Counted from the first letter of the stretch, positions 54,363 to 64,000 are shown. The stretch: DNA of 64,000 nt from Vulcanimicrobiales bacterium (GCA_038215615.1 JBBQQR010000004.1:32001-96000), one strand, 5' to 3'. Notes: a model not told the origin generated them from the letters alone. Translations and numbers: made by a program.

Positions 54363-57020
54363 GTGCGGTCCTTTATCGTAGCCGCGGGGCTTATCGCTGC
54401 CGTGCTTTTTGGCGCACGGCCCGCGCTCCAAGCGCTCGAGCGTTCGAGCGATCGCAATCCCTGCGGACGCGCGCTCCCGGTTCCATCCGCTTTGCGTTTG
54501 CCGGCGACCGTTCCATCAGGCGAGCCGGTCGCGCTGGAGCACACGCTGCTCGATTACTTGAGCTCGTACCGCTACCGCGATTTGGGATGGTGCGTTGATA
54601 AGAGCTTGCGCGACACCGGTCCCTACATCCACGGCATTGCCTACGGCGTGCATCCGACCGTCCGGATCTATTACTCGCCCGAAGTCATGCAGTGGCTTCA
54701 CAACGGGCAGCGCGGCATGCCGGCCGACGGCGCCGTGATCATCAAAGAACAATACGAGATGCCCAAACCGGCTGCGGCGTTCGCCGGAGAAACCGGCGCG
54801 CAGCTCCGGCCGACGGATTGGACGATCATGATCCGTCGCGCGTCGGCGTCGCGCGACGGCTGGTTCTGGGCAGAAGTTTATCAAGGCATGTTCGCCGCTC
54901 AAAATGCGGCGCAGACGCAATATCCGAGCGCGGGATTCGGCATCTACTGTTTGCGCTGCCATGCTTCAGCCGCAAAAGCGCTTACGTTCGTTTCGCTGGA
55001 AAATATCGCGGGGTATCCCGGTACACCGCTTCACTACTTCATCGACAATTCGTGGCGCGTGAAAAAACCGCCGCCGCCGCAAGCCGCCGCCGCTTCACAG
55101 CCCGCTCCGTCCCCTTCGCAAGCACCACTCGCGGTTCAAACTTTCCCGCCCGAATCGGTCGACACGTATCTTGCAAAAGCGCACGGCGCGCACGTTTTCG
55201 TAACCTCCGACCAGTGCATGGGATGCCACAGCGCCGCCCCCGGCCTTCCGCGTGGCCCGCTGGCTTGGGTGCGTGGATTCAACGTTTCCGCATACGGCGA
55301 ATGGCGGTGGTCGCCGATGGCGCTGGCCGGGCGCGACCCGGTCTTTTATGCTCAGTTCGAATCCGAGCTCGCGTATCTGAATACGATGAAAGACCCGCAC
55401 GCGCGCAACGCGCTGCGCGGACAGATAACCGCCATCTGCTCAACCTGCCATGGCGTGATGGCCAAACGCGCCCTCGCGCTCGATCATCCGCATCTGACGT
55501 TCACGCCGCAGATGGTTTTCGACGCCGACCCTTCGCATTGGAGTTACCATTACGGCGGTCTGGCGCGCGACGGCATCAGCTGCGCGGTCTGCCATCATAT
55601 CGTGCAGACGAAGACGCCGGCCGGCCAGACGCCCCTCGCTTTTTTCTTGGATCATAAGATTAACGGCGAATACGATCTGGGCGCGCCTGACAAAATATAC
55701 GGCCCGTTCAAAAACAACGAGATCGTCACACACCCCATGAACGAGGCGCTAGGCGCCAAGCCGCACTATTCACCTTACGTTACGTCGTCACGACTCTGCG
55801 GAAGCTGCCACACGATCAATTTGCCCGTCGTCGATGCTCCGCCCGTCGCCGCCGTTCCCAAAGAACACAGCGTCGAGCAAGCCACCTATGTCGAATGGCT
55901 CAACAGCCGCTTCCAAAACGAATACGGCGCGCTGCCCGGCGCGAAATCGTGTCAGGATTGCCATATGCCGGCGGGCATTCACGACGACGCCCGCGGAGTC
56001 GCGCTGACCCACATCGCGACGAAGATGGCGCTCATCGAGGACACGAGCTATCCCGCCACGACCGGCGCCGCGCCCCACGCCGATCTCAACGTGCGGTTTC
56101 GCAAGACCGGCTTCCGCCGTCACGAGCTGCTAGGACTCAACGCTTTTCTACTCTCGCTCTTCAAACAGTATCCCGATGTCCTAGGCGTGCGGCTCAACGA
56201 TTACATGAGCGGCTCCTCGACCGGCCTCGACGATGCAATCGCGCACGTCATGCAGCAGGCGCGCACCGCGACCGCAAAAGTCTACGTGCGAACGAGCGTT
56301 ACAGGCCGGAAACTGATCGCCGACGTGGAGGTCGTCAATCTGACCGGCCACCGTTTTCCGAGCGGCGTTGGGTTCAGGCGGGCATTTCTCGATGTCGAAG
56401 TGCGCGACGGAGCAACTCCGTTCTTCGTTTCGGGCCGACCCGACGCCAAGGGCCGCATTTTAGGGCCGGGCGGCCGCGTACTCCTCAGTGAATTCTTTAG
56501 CGCCGGTCGGGACGGCCGCCAGCAATACCAAGATCACTTTGACGAAGCGAACCCGATCACGCGACCCGATCAGGTACAAATATTCGAAGAGCTGACTCGC
56601 GATCACAGCGGACATTTTACGACGTCGTTCATCCGTCGCGACCAGGACGTCAAGGATAACCGTTTGCTGCCGCAAGGCTGGTCGAAGACCGGGCCAACGC
56701 CGACATTGCCCGAGTATTTTCTGCGGGCGACGTACCCGCACGGCCGCGCCGCAAGCGACCCGCGTTATCAGGACGGAATGGGCCATGCGATCGTGCGGTA
56801 CGTCGTGATGCTGCCGCCGTCCGTGGATCCGCGGCGCGTGCGTGTCGATGCGACCCTCTACTATCAGTCCTGGGAGCCGTTCTTCATCGCCGAGCGCTCG
56901 AGCGGCACCGGAACGGCGGCGCAGCGTTTCGCCGCGCTTGTCAATCGCTTAGATCTCGCGAAAACGGCGCTCGCGGGCTGGAAGATCAAGATTGCGGCAG
57001 GCTCGGGTCGCGCGAAGTGA
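54363..57020 (+). CDS. Exported six-heme c-type cytochrome: P460-like N-terminal domain plus a pentaheme domain
   Basis: Signal peptide; DGAVIIKE, WTIMIR...DGWFW, CLRCH; then CMGCH, CSTCH, CAVCH, CGSCH, CQDCH; GHRFPSG..FRR. Confidence 0.85.
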   Translation: MRSFIVAAGLIAAVLFGARPALQALERSSDRNPCGRALPVPSALRLPATVPSGEPVALEHTLLDYLSSYRYRDLGWCVDKSLRDTGPYIHGIAYGVHPTVRIYYSPEVMQWLHNGQRGMPADGAVIIKEQYEMPKPAAAFAGETGAQLRPTDWTIMIRRASASRDGWFWAEVYQGMFAAQNAAQTQYPSAGFGIYCLRCHASAAKALTFVSLENIAGYPGTPLHYFIDNSWRVKKPPPPQAAAASQPAPSPSQAPLAVQTFPPESVDTYLAKAHGAHVFVTSDQCMGCHSAAPGLPRGPLAWVRGFNVSAYGEWRWSPMALAGRDPVFYAQFESELAYLNTMKDPHARNALRGQITAICSTCHGVMAKRALALDHPHLTFTPQMVFDADPSHWSYHYGGLARDGISCAVCHHIVQTKTPAGQTPLAFFLDHKINGEYDLGAPDKIYGPFKNNEIVTHPMNEALGAKPHYSPYVTSSRLCGSCHTINLPVVDAPPVAAVPKEHSVEQATYVEWLNSRFQNEYGALPGAKSCQDCHMPAGIHDDARGVALTHIATKMALIEDTSYPATTGAAPHADLNVRFRKTGFRRHELLGLNAFLLSLFKQYPDVLGVRLNDYMSGSSTGLDDAIAHVMQQARTATAKVYVRTSVTGRKLIADVEVVNLTGHRFPSGVGFRRAFLDVEVRDGATPFFVSGRPDAKGRILGPGGRVLLSEFFSAGRDGRQQYQDHFDEANPITRPDQVQIFEELTRDHSGHFTTSFIRRDQDVKDNRLLPQGWSKTGPTPTLPEYFLRATYPHGRAASDPRYQDGMGHAIVRYVVMLPPSVDPRRVRVDATLYYQSWEPFFIAERSSGTGTAAQRFAALVNRLDLAKTALAGWKIKIAAGSGRAK

Positions 57021-58524
57021 GCGCGATCATGATCGCGATGGCGACCGCAACCGATAGCGCTGCGCAGACGAGCAGCGCGTCGTGCATGGCGTGAACGAAC
57101 GACTTGTGCACGAGGGCTGTAAACTTGCTCGCGACAGCGAGCAGATCGCCGTGCACAACGGCGCGCGTCGTTTGCGCGATCGCCCGCTGAGAAGCGTGCA
57201 GCTTGTTCATGCGCTCGGCGATCCGGCTGCTCATGCCCGCCGCAAGCAACGAACCTAGCACGGCTATCCCGAACACGCCGCAAATCGAGCGCCCGAAGGC
57301 CAGCGTTCCGGAAGCGAACCCCTCATCCGGCGCGTCGATGACCGCTAAGCCCACCGCCGAGGCGGGTGTGCAGATGATGCCCCAGCCCAGTCCCGCCAGG
57401 GCGAGGGCAGCCGCCACCTCCCACGGCGGCGTGCTTTGTACGGCCGTGGCGAGCCAGACGATGCCGGAAATAGAACACACGAAACTGAGCACGATATTCC
57501 ATGGCAATCCGAGTTTTTGTCGCAGCGCATTGCTGAAAACATTCGCCAGAAAGTACGCGGCGTTGCACGGTATCAAACACAGCCCCGCCGCAATTTCGGA
57601 GAGTCCCTGAATATCTTGCATGAAAAGCGAGATGAGCAGCATGACGCCGTACCATGCAAAGTTCACGAGGCCCAGCAACAGCACGGCAACGTTGAAAGCG
57701 CGCAGCTTGAAATAGTGCAGGTGAATCATGGGCCACTTTGCGTACCGTTCGACGGCAAGAAAAAGCGCAAAGCCGACTCCGGCAATCCCAAAGGCGGTCA
57801 GAATGACGGGCGAGGTCCAGCCGCTAGAGTTCCCTTCGATCATCGCATAACTGATCGCGACGATGGCGCCAATGCTGAGCAACTGCCCCCACAAGTCGCT
57901 CCCCGTTTTTAAGTGCGGCGTATTTTCGGTCGCGAAAAACAGACTCGCGATGACGATCAGGCCGAGCGCAGCGGAAAGATAGAATATTGCCGGCCACGCA
58001 ATCCATTGCACGAGAGCTCCGCCGGCGAGTGGCGCGACGCCCGCCGCCAGCGCGGCCACCGTCGAATATAGCGCGATCGTCGAATCTCTCGCCCGGGCGC
58101 CTGGCGCAGTCTCCAGCAGCAAGGCCAGCGGTAGCGAGAGCAGCGCCGCGCCGCCGATTCCCTGGGCGGCGCGAGCAACGATGAGTTCGACCGGATCGCG
58201 GGAAAGCGCGCAAGCGATCGACGCAAGCACGAACAGTCCCACGCTCAAGCCCAACGTTTTCTTACGTCCCAACTGATCGCCGATCGTGCCGGCTGCCAGC
58301 GTGAAGCTTCCCTCCATTAGCGGATAGATGCTGACGATCCACTGTTGATCGCTAATGCCCGCGTGCAACGACTGGCGCATCGCAGGCAGTGCTAAGTAAA
58401 CGATGCTCACGTTGAGCACCGAGACAAAGGCCGCCAAATAGAGACCGCATCGCGCGAACGGCGTGCGCCAATCGATCGCAGCGGCTCGCACGGCGAACCG
58501 CGGGCGGACAGGTACTACATGCAA
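56986..58524 (-). CDS. MFS transporter, DHA2 (14-TMS EmrB/QacA-like)
   Basis: LN.SIV..ALP, QWIV..Y, G.IGD.LGRK, R..QGIGGA, P..GG.L, W..IF. Confidence 0.88.
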   Translation of the reverse strand: MHVVPVRPRFAVRAAAIDWRTPFARCGLYLAAFVSVLNVSIVYLALPAMRQSLHAGISDQQWIVSIYPLMEGSFTLAAGTIGDQLGRKKTLGLSVGLFVLASIACALSRDPVELIVARAAQGIGGAALLSLPLALLLETAPGARARDSTIALYSTVAALAAGVAPLAGGALVQWIAWPAIFYLSAALGLIVIASLFFATENTPHLKTGSDLWGQLLSIGAIVAISYAMIEGNSSGWTSPVILTAFGIAGVGFALFLAVERYAKWPMIHLHYFKLRAFNVAVLLLGLVNFAWYGVMLLISLFMQDIQGLSEIAAGLCLIPCNAAYFLANVFSNALRQKLGLPWNIVLSFVCSISGIVWLATAVQSTPPWEVAAALALAGLGWGIICTPASAVGLAVIDAPDEGFASGTLAFGRSICGVFGIAVLGSLLAAGMSSRIAERMNKLHASQRAIAQTTRAVVHGDLLAVASKFTALVHKSFVHAMHDALLVCAALSVAVAIAIMIALTSRDPSLPQS

Positions 58525-58525
58525 G

Positions 58526-59662
58526 CTAGGCGGGGGCGGTGGATGAGAGCGCGCACTTGTTCATGCCGACTTCGAGCTCTTCGGCACGCTCGGCGGAAAT
58601 GGGCGCCCCAAGATTGATCTTTCTTATCTCGGCATAAGCCGCAGGCTGACTAGAATGAGAGACTCGCTCTTCTACGCTCTCCACGAACGCATCGCGATCG
58701 GTGATCGCGGCGCCCGCCAGCAGCGTCCCCAGCCGCCGTTCACAAGCACCGCGTGCATCGAATTGCGCCGCCGAAGCGGCGTGCGCAGGCAACACTGTCG
58801 TCTGCGGATCGAGTTTTCCGAGCACGCCGGAAAGCGACTCGTAGAGATGCTGCGTCCATTCGCGCGCTTTGTTTCCGAGATCCGGCCTGCCGACGCCCTC
58901 GGGCAGCAGCGTGTCGCCGCTGATCAAATAGCGATCGTTCACGAGCAGCGCCGTGCTTCCCAGCGTATGTCCGGGAACGGGAAGCGTCAGCGCCACAATC
59001 TTCGCGCTGCCGATCTCGAACTGCTTAGGCATTGAGTCGCGTTTGAGCGAACTGCCCTGCGCGTCTTCATCGGCCAAATGATAACCGCCGCCCGCATCGC
59101 GTGAAAGCGCCGGGCTTCCCGAAAGATGGTCGGCGTGCAAATGCGTATCGGCGGTGGCACCGATGCGCAGCCCGCTCCGTTCGGCGAAATCGCTGTAGAC
59201 GTCGCCGTAACGGGTTGCGTCGACGACGAGCGCCTCTCCGTCAGACGCGACGATGTACGAAAGACAACCCTTGGCGGGACGCACGACTTGGTAGAGAGCA
59301 AAGGCGTCGCCGGGTTGATTCAAGCGAACGACCCGGTGGTGCGCGGCCCATGCCAGCATGCCGCCGTCTACGTTGATCGCATTGAGGCCGCGCTCGCGCA
59401 ACACGCCGGTGACATATTGCGACGATCGCCCGCGGGCGCAAATAACGTAGATGGACTCGGCGGCGGGCAGGCGCGCGAGCGCGCCTTCTTCGTCTTGGGC
59501 GAATTCAGAATACGAAACGTTCGCGAACGTGGGAATCCCCGGGCCCTCGGGATGCCATTGCACCGAATCCTCCGCATCGCGCGCGTCCAGCAGCACCGCA
59601 CCGGGATCCGCCGTGCCTTGCAGCAGCCGGTCGAAGTGCGCAATGTCCACGGAATGCTTCAT
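58526..59662 (-). CDS. Rhodanese + MBL-fold hydrolase fusion (persulfide dioxygenase/YrkH-like)
   Basis: Rhodanese loop CARGRSS, DGGM.AW; MBL GCLSY, THLHADHLSG, PGHT, SGD.L, GRPDL, PAH. Confidence 0.88.
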   Translation of the reverse strand: MKHSVDIAHFDRLLQGTADPGAVLLDARDAEDSVQWHPEGPGIPTFANVSYSEFAQDEEGALARLPAAESIYVICARGRSSQYVTGVLRERGLNAINVDGGMLAWAAHHRVVRLNQPGDAFALYQVVRPAKGCLSYIVASDGEALVVDATRYGDVYSDFAERSGLRIGATADTHLHADHLSGSPALSRDAGGGYHLADEDAQGSSLKRDSMPKQFEIGSAKIVALTLPVPGHTLGSTALLVNDRYLISGDTLLPEGVGRPDLGNKAREWTQHLYESLSGVLGKLDPQTTVLPAHAASAAQFDARGACERRLGTLLAGAAITDRDAFVESVEERVSHSSQPAAYAEIRKINLGAPISAERAEELEVGMNKCALSSTAPA

Positions 59663-59671
59663 GCACTGCTC

Positions 59672-60154
59672 CTAGTGGTGAAATGCGACGAGCGCGGGTT
59701 TGGTGATCATCAAGACCAGCGCCAGCAGCGGAGCGAGCAGGGCAACCGTCCCCCAAACTTCCCAGCGGCGCGACAGTTTCCGGTAAGCTTCGCTTGTAAG
59801 CGACGTACCGGCCGACGCGAGCTCGGCAAGCTCGCGCTGGGCGCGCGAAACCGGCCCGAAGGCCACGCCGGCGATTGCGAAGAGCACCAGCGACCACAGA
59901 ATCCAGCCGGTGCCCAGAATCGTCCACCCGCTTATCGAGGCCGCGCCGAAGCCGGCGATCAGAATCACGATGATCGACGGAATCGTGATCAGGCGGTCGC
60001 TCAGTATGATTCCGCGCAAGGTGTGCGCGGCAATATCAGGGCGGCCGCTCCGGTCGGCGATCGCTTTCCAGAATAATCCGGTCGCGATATTGCCGAGAAA
60101 TGCGACCACCGCAAGAACATGGACGAGCTTTAACAACAAATAAGCGTTATACAT
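59672..60154 (-). CDS. DUF2269-family membrane protein
   Basis: Y..LK.VHVL..V.FLG, four TM helices, C-terminal LM..KP. Confidence 0.8.
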   Translation of the reverse strand: MYNAYLLLKLVHVLAVVAFLGNIATGLFWKAIADRSGRPDIAAHTLRGIILSDRLITIPSIIVILIAGFGAASISGWTILGTGWILWSLVLFAIAGVAFGPVSRAQRELAELASAGTSLTSEAYRKLSRRWEVWGTVALLAPLLALVLMITKPALVAFHH

Positions 60155-60240
60155 CGATCACGGCTCCGGAAGGTCTTTCGGCACGCTCTTGGGCAAGATT
60201 GAAGTCCCAGCCTTTTTCTCCAAGGAGGCCACAGACAGCG

Positions 60241-60507
60241 ATGGATCAGTCACGTAAGGACATATCACGCAGCGAGGCGCTCAAAGCGCTCGTCGTGCTT
60301 CCGGCCCTGGCCGGACTGCTCGCGGCCGGTTCGTTTTCGAGCGCCGACGCAGCCGATAACAAGAAGCAATTCAAGTATCAAGACAAACCCGGGACTCACG
60401 GTCAGAAGTGTTCGGGCTGCCGCTTCTTCAAGAAGCCGAACGGCTGCTCGATCGTGCACGGAAAGATTAGTCCAAACGGCTGGTGCATCGCCTGGGCTAA
60501 ACGCTAG
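60241..60507 (+). CDS. High-potential iron-sulfur protein (small HiPIP/Iro-like), exported
   Basis: Tat-like ISRSEALK leader; YQD.P....KCSGC.FF.....C..V.G.ISP.GWC..W with 4 Cys. Confidence 0.88.
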   Translation: MDQSRKDISRSEALKALVVLPALAGLLAAGSFSSADAADNKKQFKYQDKPGTHGQKCSGCRFFKKPNGCSIVHGKISPNGWCIAWAKR

Positions 60508-60923
60508 TCCTTGCAGAGCTCCGGAGCTTTATAGACCTTGGGCTCCCAGCCCGGCGTCTTAGGCTTCGTATCCAAAAACTGAATATCTAACAAGACCGCA
60601 CCCTTTGGTCCGGAGGTGACGTCGTGATAGGTTTCCGCGGGAATCACGATCGCGCGGTTGCCCGAGAGCACCGTTTTGCGTCCGTTGGTGTTATCGGTGG
60701 CCGACCCCGAGAGCAGGTACATAATCTCGCCGAATTCGTGGCGATGTCTCACGGCGGCGAACGTAGGCGCATACTTTTGCTTCAGCACGCGGAACGTTAC
60801 ACCGGGAGCGCTGGGGAGGCTCTGGCGGTGCGCCAGGGTGACGCACGAAAAGCCGGCGTACGGGTTTGCCGCCGGCGTTGCTGCGACGAGCACCGCGAAA
60901 AGCGTCAGGAAAGCGAAAGGCAC
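60504..60923 (-). CDS. Secreted cupin-domain protein
   Basis: Signal peptide; H.H...E..Y.LSG, IPA...H. Confidence 0.72.
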   Translation of the reverse strand: MPFAFLTLFAVLVAATPAANPYAGFSCVTLAHRQSLPSAPGVTFRVLKQKYAPTFAAVRHRHEFGEIMYLLSGSATDNTNGRKTVLSGNRAIVIPAETYHDVTSGPKGAVLLDIQFLDTKPKTPGWEPKVYKAPELCKD

Positions 60924-60972
60924 GAAACACCTCCGAAAGAAAAGGGATGACGCCCGCAATAAGGAGTGAGCG

Positions 60973-62088
60973 ATGAGTTCAGTTCGAGTTTTGGTCGGCA
61001 CGCGCAAGGGCGCCTTCATTCTGAGCGCGGACGGCAAGCGCGACAAATGGGACGTCAGCGGGCCGCATTTCGCGGGCTGGGAGATCTATCACGTCAAAGG
61101 CTCGCCTGTCGATCCGCAACGTTTGTACGCATCGCAAACGAGCAGCTGGTTCGGTCAGGTCGTGCAACGATCCAGCGACGGCGGCGAAACGTGGGAACCC
61201 GTCGGCAACACATTCGAATATGCCGGGGTCCCCGGCACGCATCAATGGTACGACGGAACGGCGCGGCCCTGGGAATTCAAGCGCGTCTGGCACTTCGAAC
61301 CCTCGCTGAACGATCCCGACACAGTCTACGCCGGCGTCGAGGATGCCGCACTCTTCCGCACCACCGACGGCGGCCAAAATTGGGAAGAGCTCGCCGGATT
61401 ACGCGAACACAAGACGGGAAGCTCGTGGCAGCCGGGCGCGGGCGGCATGTGCCTGCACACGATTTTGCTCGATCCCAAAAACCCGCAGCGCATCTTTGTC
61501 GCGATTTCAGCCGCGGGCGCATTTCGCAGCGACGACGCAGGCCAGACGTGGAAGCCGATCAACCAGGGGCTGCACTCGCAGTACATCCCCGATCCCACGG
61601 CAGAGGTCGGCCACTGCGTGCACCGCATCGCTATGCATCCGTCGCGTCCCGAAGTTTTGTACATGCAGAAACACTGGGACGTATTGCGCAGCGACAACGC
61701 CGGCGACATGTGGACGGAAATCAGCGGAAATCTGCCGAGCGACTTCGGTTTTCCCGTCGACGTGCACGCGCACGAACCGGAGACGATTTACGTCGTGCCG
61801 ATCAAGAGCGACGGCGAACATTTTCCGCCCGAAGGAAAGTTGCGCGTCTACCGCAGCCGCAGCGGAGGAAACGAGTGGGAAGCCCTAACCAACGGGCTGC
61901 CGCAGAAGGATTGCTACGTCAACGTATTGCGCGACGCGATGGCGGTCGATTCGCTCGATTCGTGCGGCATTTATTTCGGAACGACGGGCGGGCAGGTCTA
62001 CGCTTCTTCCGACGCGGGCGACAATTGGAAACCGATTGTGCGCGATTTGCCGGCGGTACTCTCGGTCGAGGTGCAGACGCTGGCATGA
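60973..62088 (+). CDS. BNR/Asp-box repeat beta-propeller (sialidase-like) protein
   Basis: Repeated S.D.G.TW Asp boxes; [14 protein letters not shown]; strong AAGGAG RBS. Confidence 0.85.
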   Translation: MSSVRVLVGTRKGAFILSADGKRDKWDVSGPHFAGWEIYHVKGSPVDPQRLYASQTSSWFGQVVQRSSDGGETWEPVGNTFEYAGVPGTHQWYDGTARPWEFKRVWHFEPSLNDPDTVYAGVEDAALFRTTDGGQNWEELAGLREHKTGSSWQPGAGGMCLHTILLDPKNPQRIFVAISAAGAFRSDDAGQTWKPINQGLHSQYIPDPTAEVGHCVHRIAMHPSRPEVLYMQKHWDVLRSDNAGDMWTEISGNLPSDFGFPVDVHAHEPETIYVVPIKSDGEHFPPEGKLRVYRSRSGGNEWEALTNGLPQKDCYVNVLRDAMAVDSLDSCGIYFGTTGGQVYASSDAGDNWKPIVRDLPAVLSVEVQTLA

Positions 62089-62381
62089 TCCGCGTCGTGC
62101 TTCCGGCCCATCTGCGCACGCTCGCCCGCATTAGCGGCGAGCTTGAACTTTCCGTGAACGGAAAGATCACGCAGCGCTCAGTAGTGGATGCGCTTGAGGA
62201 GCGTTATCCGACGCTGCGTGGCACGATCCGCGACCATACCACCAAAAAGCGCCGTCCCTACATACGGTTTTTCGCATGCGAGAAAGATCTCTCGCACGAC
62301 CCCATCGACGCGCCGCTGCCGGATTCGGTCGCGGCGGGTAACGAGCCGCTGCTCGTCGTCGGCGCGATCGCCGGCGGTTAG
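62085..62381 (+). CDS. MoaD/ThiS-family ubiquitin-like protein
   Basis: IRV.LP.HLR.LA, LE..YP.L.G.I, C-terminal AIAGG; ATGA-coupled to the BNR gene. Confidence 0.88.
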   Translation: MIRVVLPAHLRTLARISGELELSVNGKITQRSVVDALEERYPTLRGTIRDHTTKKRRPYIRFFACEKDLSHDPIDAPLPDSVAAGNEPLLVVGAIAGG

Positions 62382-63148
62382 CGTTTCGCTAGGCTCGTTT
62401 CGACGGTTCGCGTCAGTTCCGCTCCGAATAACAAGAGCTGCGCGGAGTAATAGATCCACAGAAGCACGAGAATGAAATCTCCCACGCTTCCGTAGCTCGA
62501 GGCCGGGCGCGCGTGCGTGAAGTAGATCGATATGGCGGCTTCGCCAACCAGCAGCACGACGCCGGTAATCGCCGCTCCGAGAACGGAGCTCTTCCAGCCA
62601 ACATCGGTCTGAGGCAGCACGCGGTAGGTCAGCGTCAGGAATAATCCGAGCGCAAGGATGTTTACGGCGATGCCCGCCTTGAGGCCGGCGGCATCGGCCA
62701 CGACCAGCGATACCATCGCCAGGAGCGCGAGCGCCCCCACAACGACCAGCGCATGCAAACGCAGAACGACCGTCTTCCACCAACCGCCGCGGCGCTGTGC
62801 GGGGACCTCCCAAATCTCATCGAGCGCCTCCTGGACTTGCATGAAAATTCCAAACGCCGAGACGATGACGAGTACGCCGCCGACAAGTAACGCTACGGGA
62901 CTCGTGCGATGCGAGGATGCGGAGACCAGCATATCAACGAGGTGCGCGCCCTGGGTTCCGACCATCAGTTGGAGCTGATTCTTCACGAGGTGCTGCGTGT
63001 GTTCAGCCCCCAGTACGGTGCCGGTCATCACGATGATGATGAACAGCAGCGGCGCGAGCGAGAACACCATGTAAAAAGAAAGCGCGGCGGCCATCCGGGA
63101 AACCCGGTGCCGCCGCCAGTTATCGACCGTCTTCCGAAGGATTTTCAA
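62378..63148 (-). CDS. YihY/BrkB family membrane protein
   Basis: AAALSFY..FSLAP, AL.EIW, YR.LP, YGSVG..I..LLWIYYS...LLFGAE. Confidence 0.9.
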   Translation of the reverse strand: MKILRKTVDNWRRHRVSRMAAALSFYMVFSLAPLLFIIIVMTGTVLGAEHTQHLVKNQLQLMVGTQGAHLVDMLVSASSHRTSPVALLVGGVLVIVSAFGIFMQVQEALDEIWEVPAQRRGGWWKTVVLRLHALVVVGALALLAMVSLVVADAAGLKAGIAVNILALGLFLTLTYRVLPQTDVGWKSSVLGAAITGVVLLVGEAAISIYFTHARPASSYGSVGDFILVLLWIYYSAQLLLFGAELTRTVETSLAKR

Positions 63149-63155
63149 CCGGACA

Positions 63156-63331
63156 TTACGCGCCGCGTCTAACGACTTGAACCGCGACCAGCGCCGCTAC
63201 CACCGCCGCAGCGGGTACGGCCCAGCGCAGCCAGCCCGGGCGCTTGCTTTCCTCATCGAAACGAAGGACGGAGCGCCGGAACGGTGTTTAGCGCAGTGCT
63301 GGTTGAGACACGTGTAATACGTCGTTTCCAT
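63156..63331 (-). pseudogene. Frameshifted small membrane-anchored protein
   Basis: METTYYTCLNQHCAKHR in one frame and RRSVLRFDEESKRPGWLRWAVPAAAVVAALVAVQVVRRGA* in another; 176-nt span is not divisible by 3. Confidence 0.45.
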
Positions 63332-63451
63332 AACGGCCGTATACCCGCTTCACCTTCATGCACCACGTGCTTCGGGCGGTGTACTCTCGGCGAGGATCTG
63401 CCAATCGCCAAGGACGGAACAATCTATGCGGACCGGCGTATTCGAAGTAGG

Positions 63452-64000
63452 ATGATCGGCTTGGTCGTCGCCGTTTTGGTTCTGGTGTGGGTCCAGCTAT
63501 CGCGCACACCCTGGCGCGAGCTCGGCTTCGTGCGGCCCGAGAGCTGGCTCGTGACGGTTGCGGCCGGCGTGGCGCTGGGCGTTGGGCTCAAGCTTGTCAT
63601 GAAAGCGGTCGTGATGCCTCTTCTGGGCGCCGATCCCATCAATCACGTCTACCATTATGTAGCGGGGAACCCAGCCGCGCTCGTAAGCATGGCGCTTACC
63701 GTTATTGTCATCGCGGGTTTCGGCGAAGAGTTCGTTTACCGCGGCTTCTTGTTCGAACGTCTCGACAAGGTGTTCGGGTCGAGTGCCGCTGCCAAAACGT
63801 GTATTGTACTGATCACGTCCGTAGTGTTTGCGCTCGCGCACCTTTACGATCAAGGAATTCCCGGCGCCGAACAAGCCGCCGTCACCGGGCTCGTTTTCGG
63901 AAGCATCCTCGCGATTACGGGAAAAATTTGGATACCGATGATTGCACACGCCGTTTTTGACTTAACGGCGCTGGCGCTCATCTACTGGAACGTCGAGCCC
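63452..64000 (+). CDS. CPBP (CAAX/Abi) intramembrane metalloprotease, partial (runs off the window; not in the ORF track)
   Basis: Translated by hand: MIGLVVAVLVLVW...GFGEEFVYRG...FALAH...AHAVFD. Confidence 0.88.
   Translation, partial: MIGLVVAVLVLVWVQLSRTPWRELGFVRPESWLVTVAAGVALGVGLKLVMKAVVMPLLGADPINHVYHYVAGNPAALVSMALTVIVIAGFGEEFVYRGFLFERLDKVFGSSAAAKTCIVLITSVVFALAHLYDQGIPGAEQAAVTGLVFGSILAITGKIWIPMIAHAVFDLTALALIYWNVEP

Noticed and set aside
60966..62381. 471-aa ORF ending in a MoaD domain
   Set aside because: Only the last 98 codons are MoaD-like; the rest overlaps the BNR gene in another frame
1..64000. Frequent GCGATCGC/CGATCG (HIP1-like) octamers
   Set aside because: Plausibly explained by GCG-ATC-GCN codon usage at high GC; enrichment cannot be claimed without a codon-aware count

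Overview
A GC-rich bacterial chromosome window of about 65 densely packed genes. Taxonomy is inference only. Terrabacteria-type features (rpsR-rplI-lonC-dnaB order, GAAC-N4-GTTC LexA boxes) occur together with an outer-membrane TonB-dependent receptor and exported c-type cytochrome/HiPIP proteins. This fits a diderm Terrabacteria lineage such as Eremiobacterota (WPS-2). Content: a paaH/thiolase/ALDH acyl-CoA catabolic operon; an Lhr helicase-metallophosphoesterase repair operon; an ABC-2 exporter split by an opposite-strand block; hemL, dprA, mrp; folate genes (folK-GTP cyclohydrolase fusion, pabB-pabC fusion); lysA, dacB, SIS deaminase and a TonB receptor; msrA/msrB; a Dam-type methylase with a PD-(D/E)XK nuclease beside tRNA-Thr(CGT) and an HNH gene; 2-oxoacid:ferredoxin oxidoreductase; dnaB, lonC, rplI, rpsR, infA; and a redox-rich block with a cytochrome P460-like/multiheme fusion, a rhodanese-MBL fusion and a HiPIP. 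Main findings: (1) a nested palindromic repeat family inserted in frame into two adjacent repair proteins, also found at the 5' ends of alkA and dacB; (2) a six-heme protein joining a P460-like domain to five further hemes, near a HiPIP; (3) LexA boxes on lhr and on a GIY-YIG nuclease; (4) a 56-aa histone-H1/protamine-like gene missing from the ORF track; (5) probable ATA start codons. All functional calls come from motif recognition by eye; no database searches were run.
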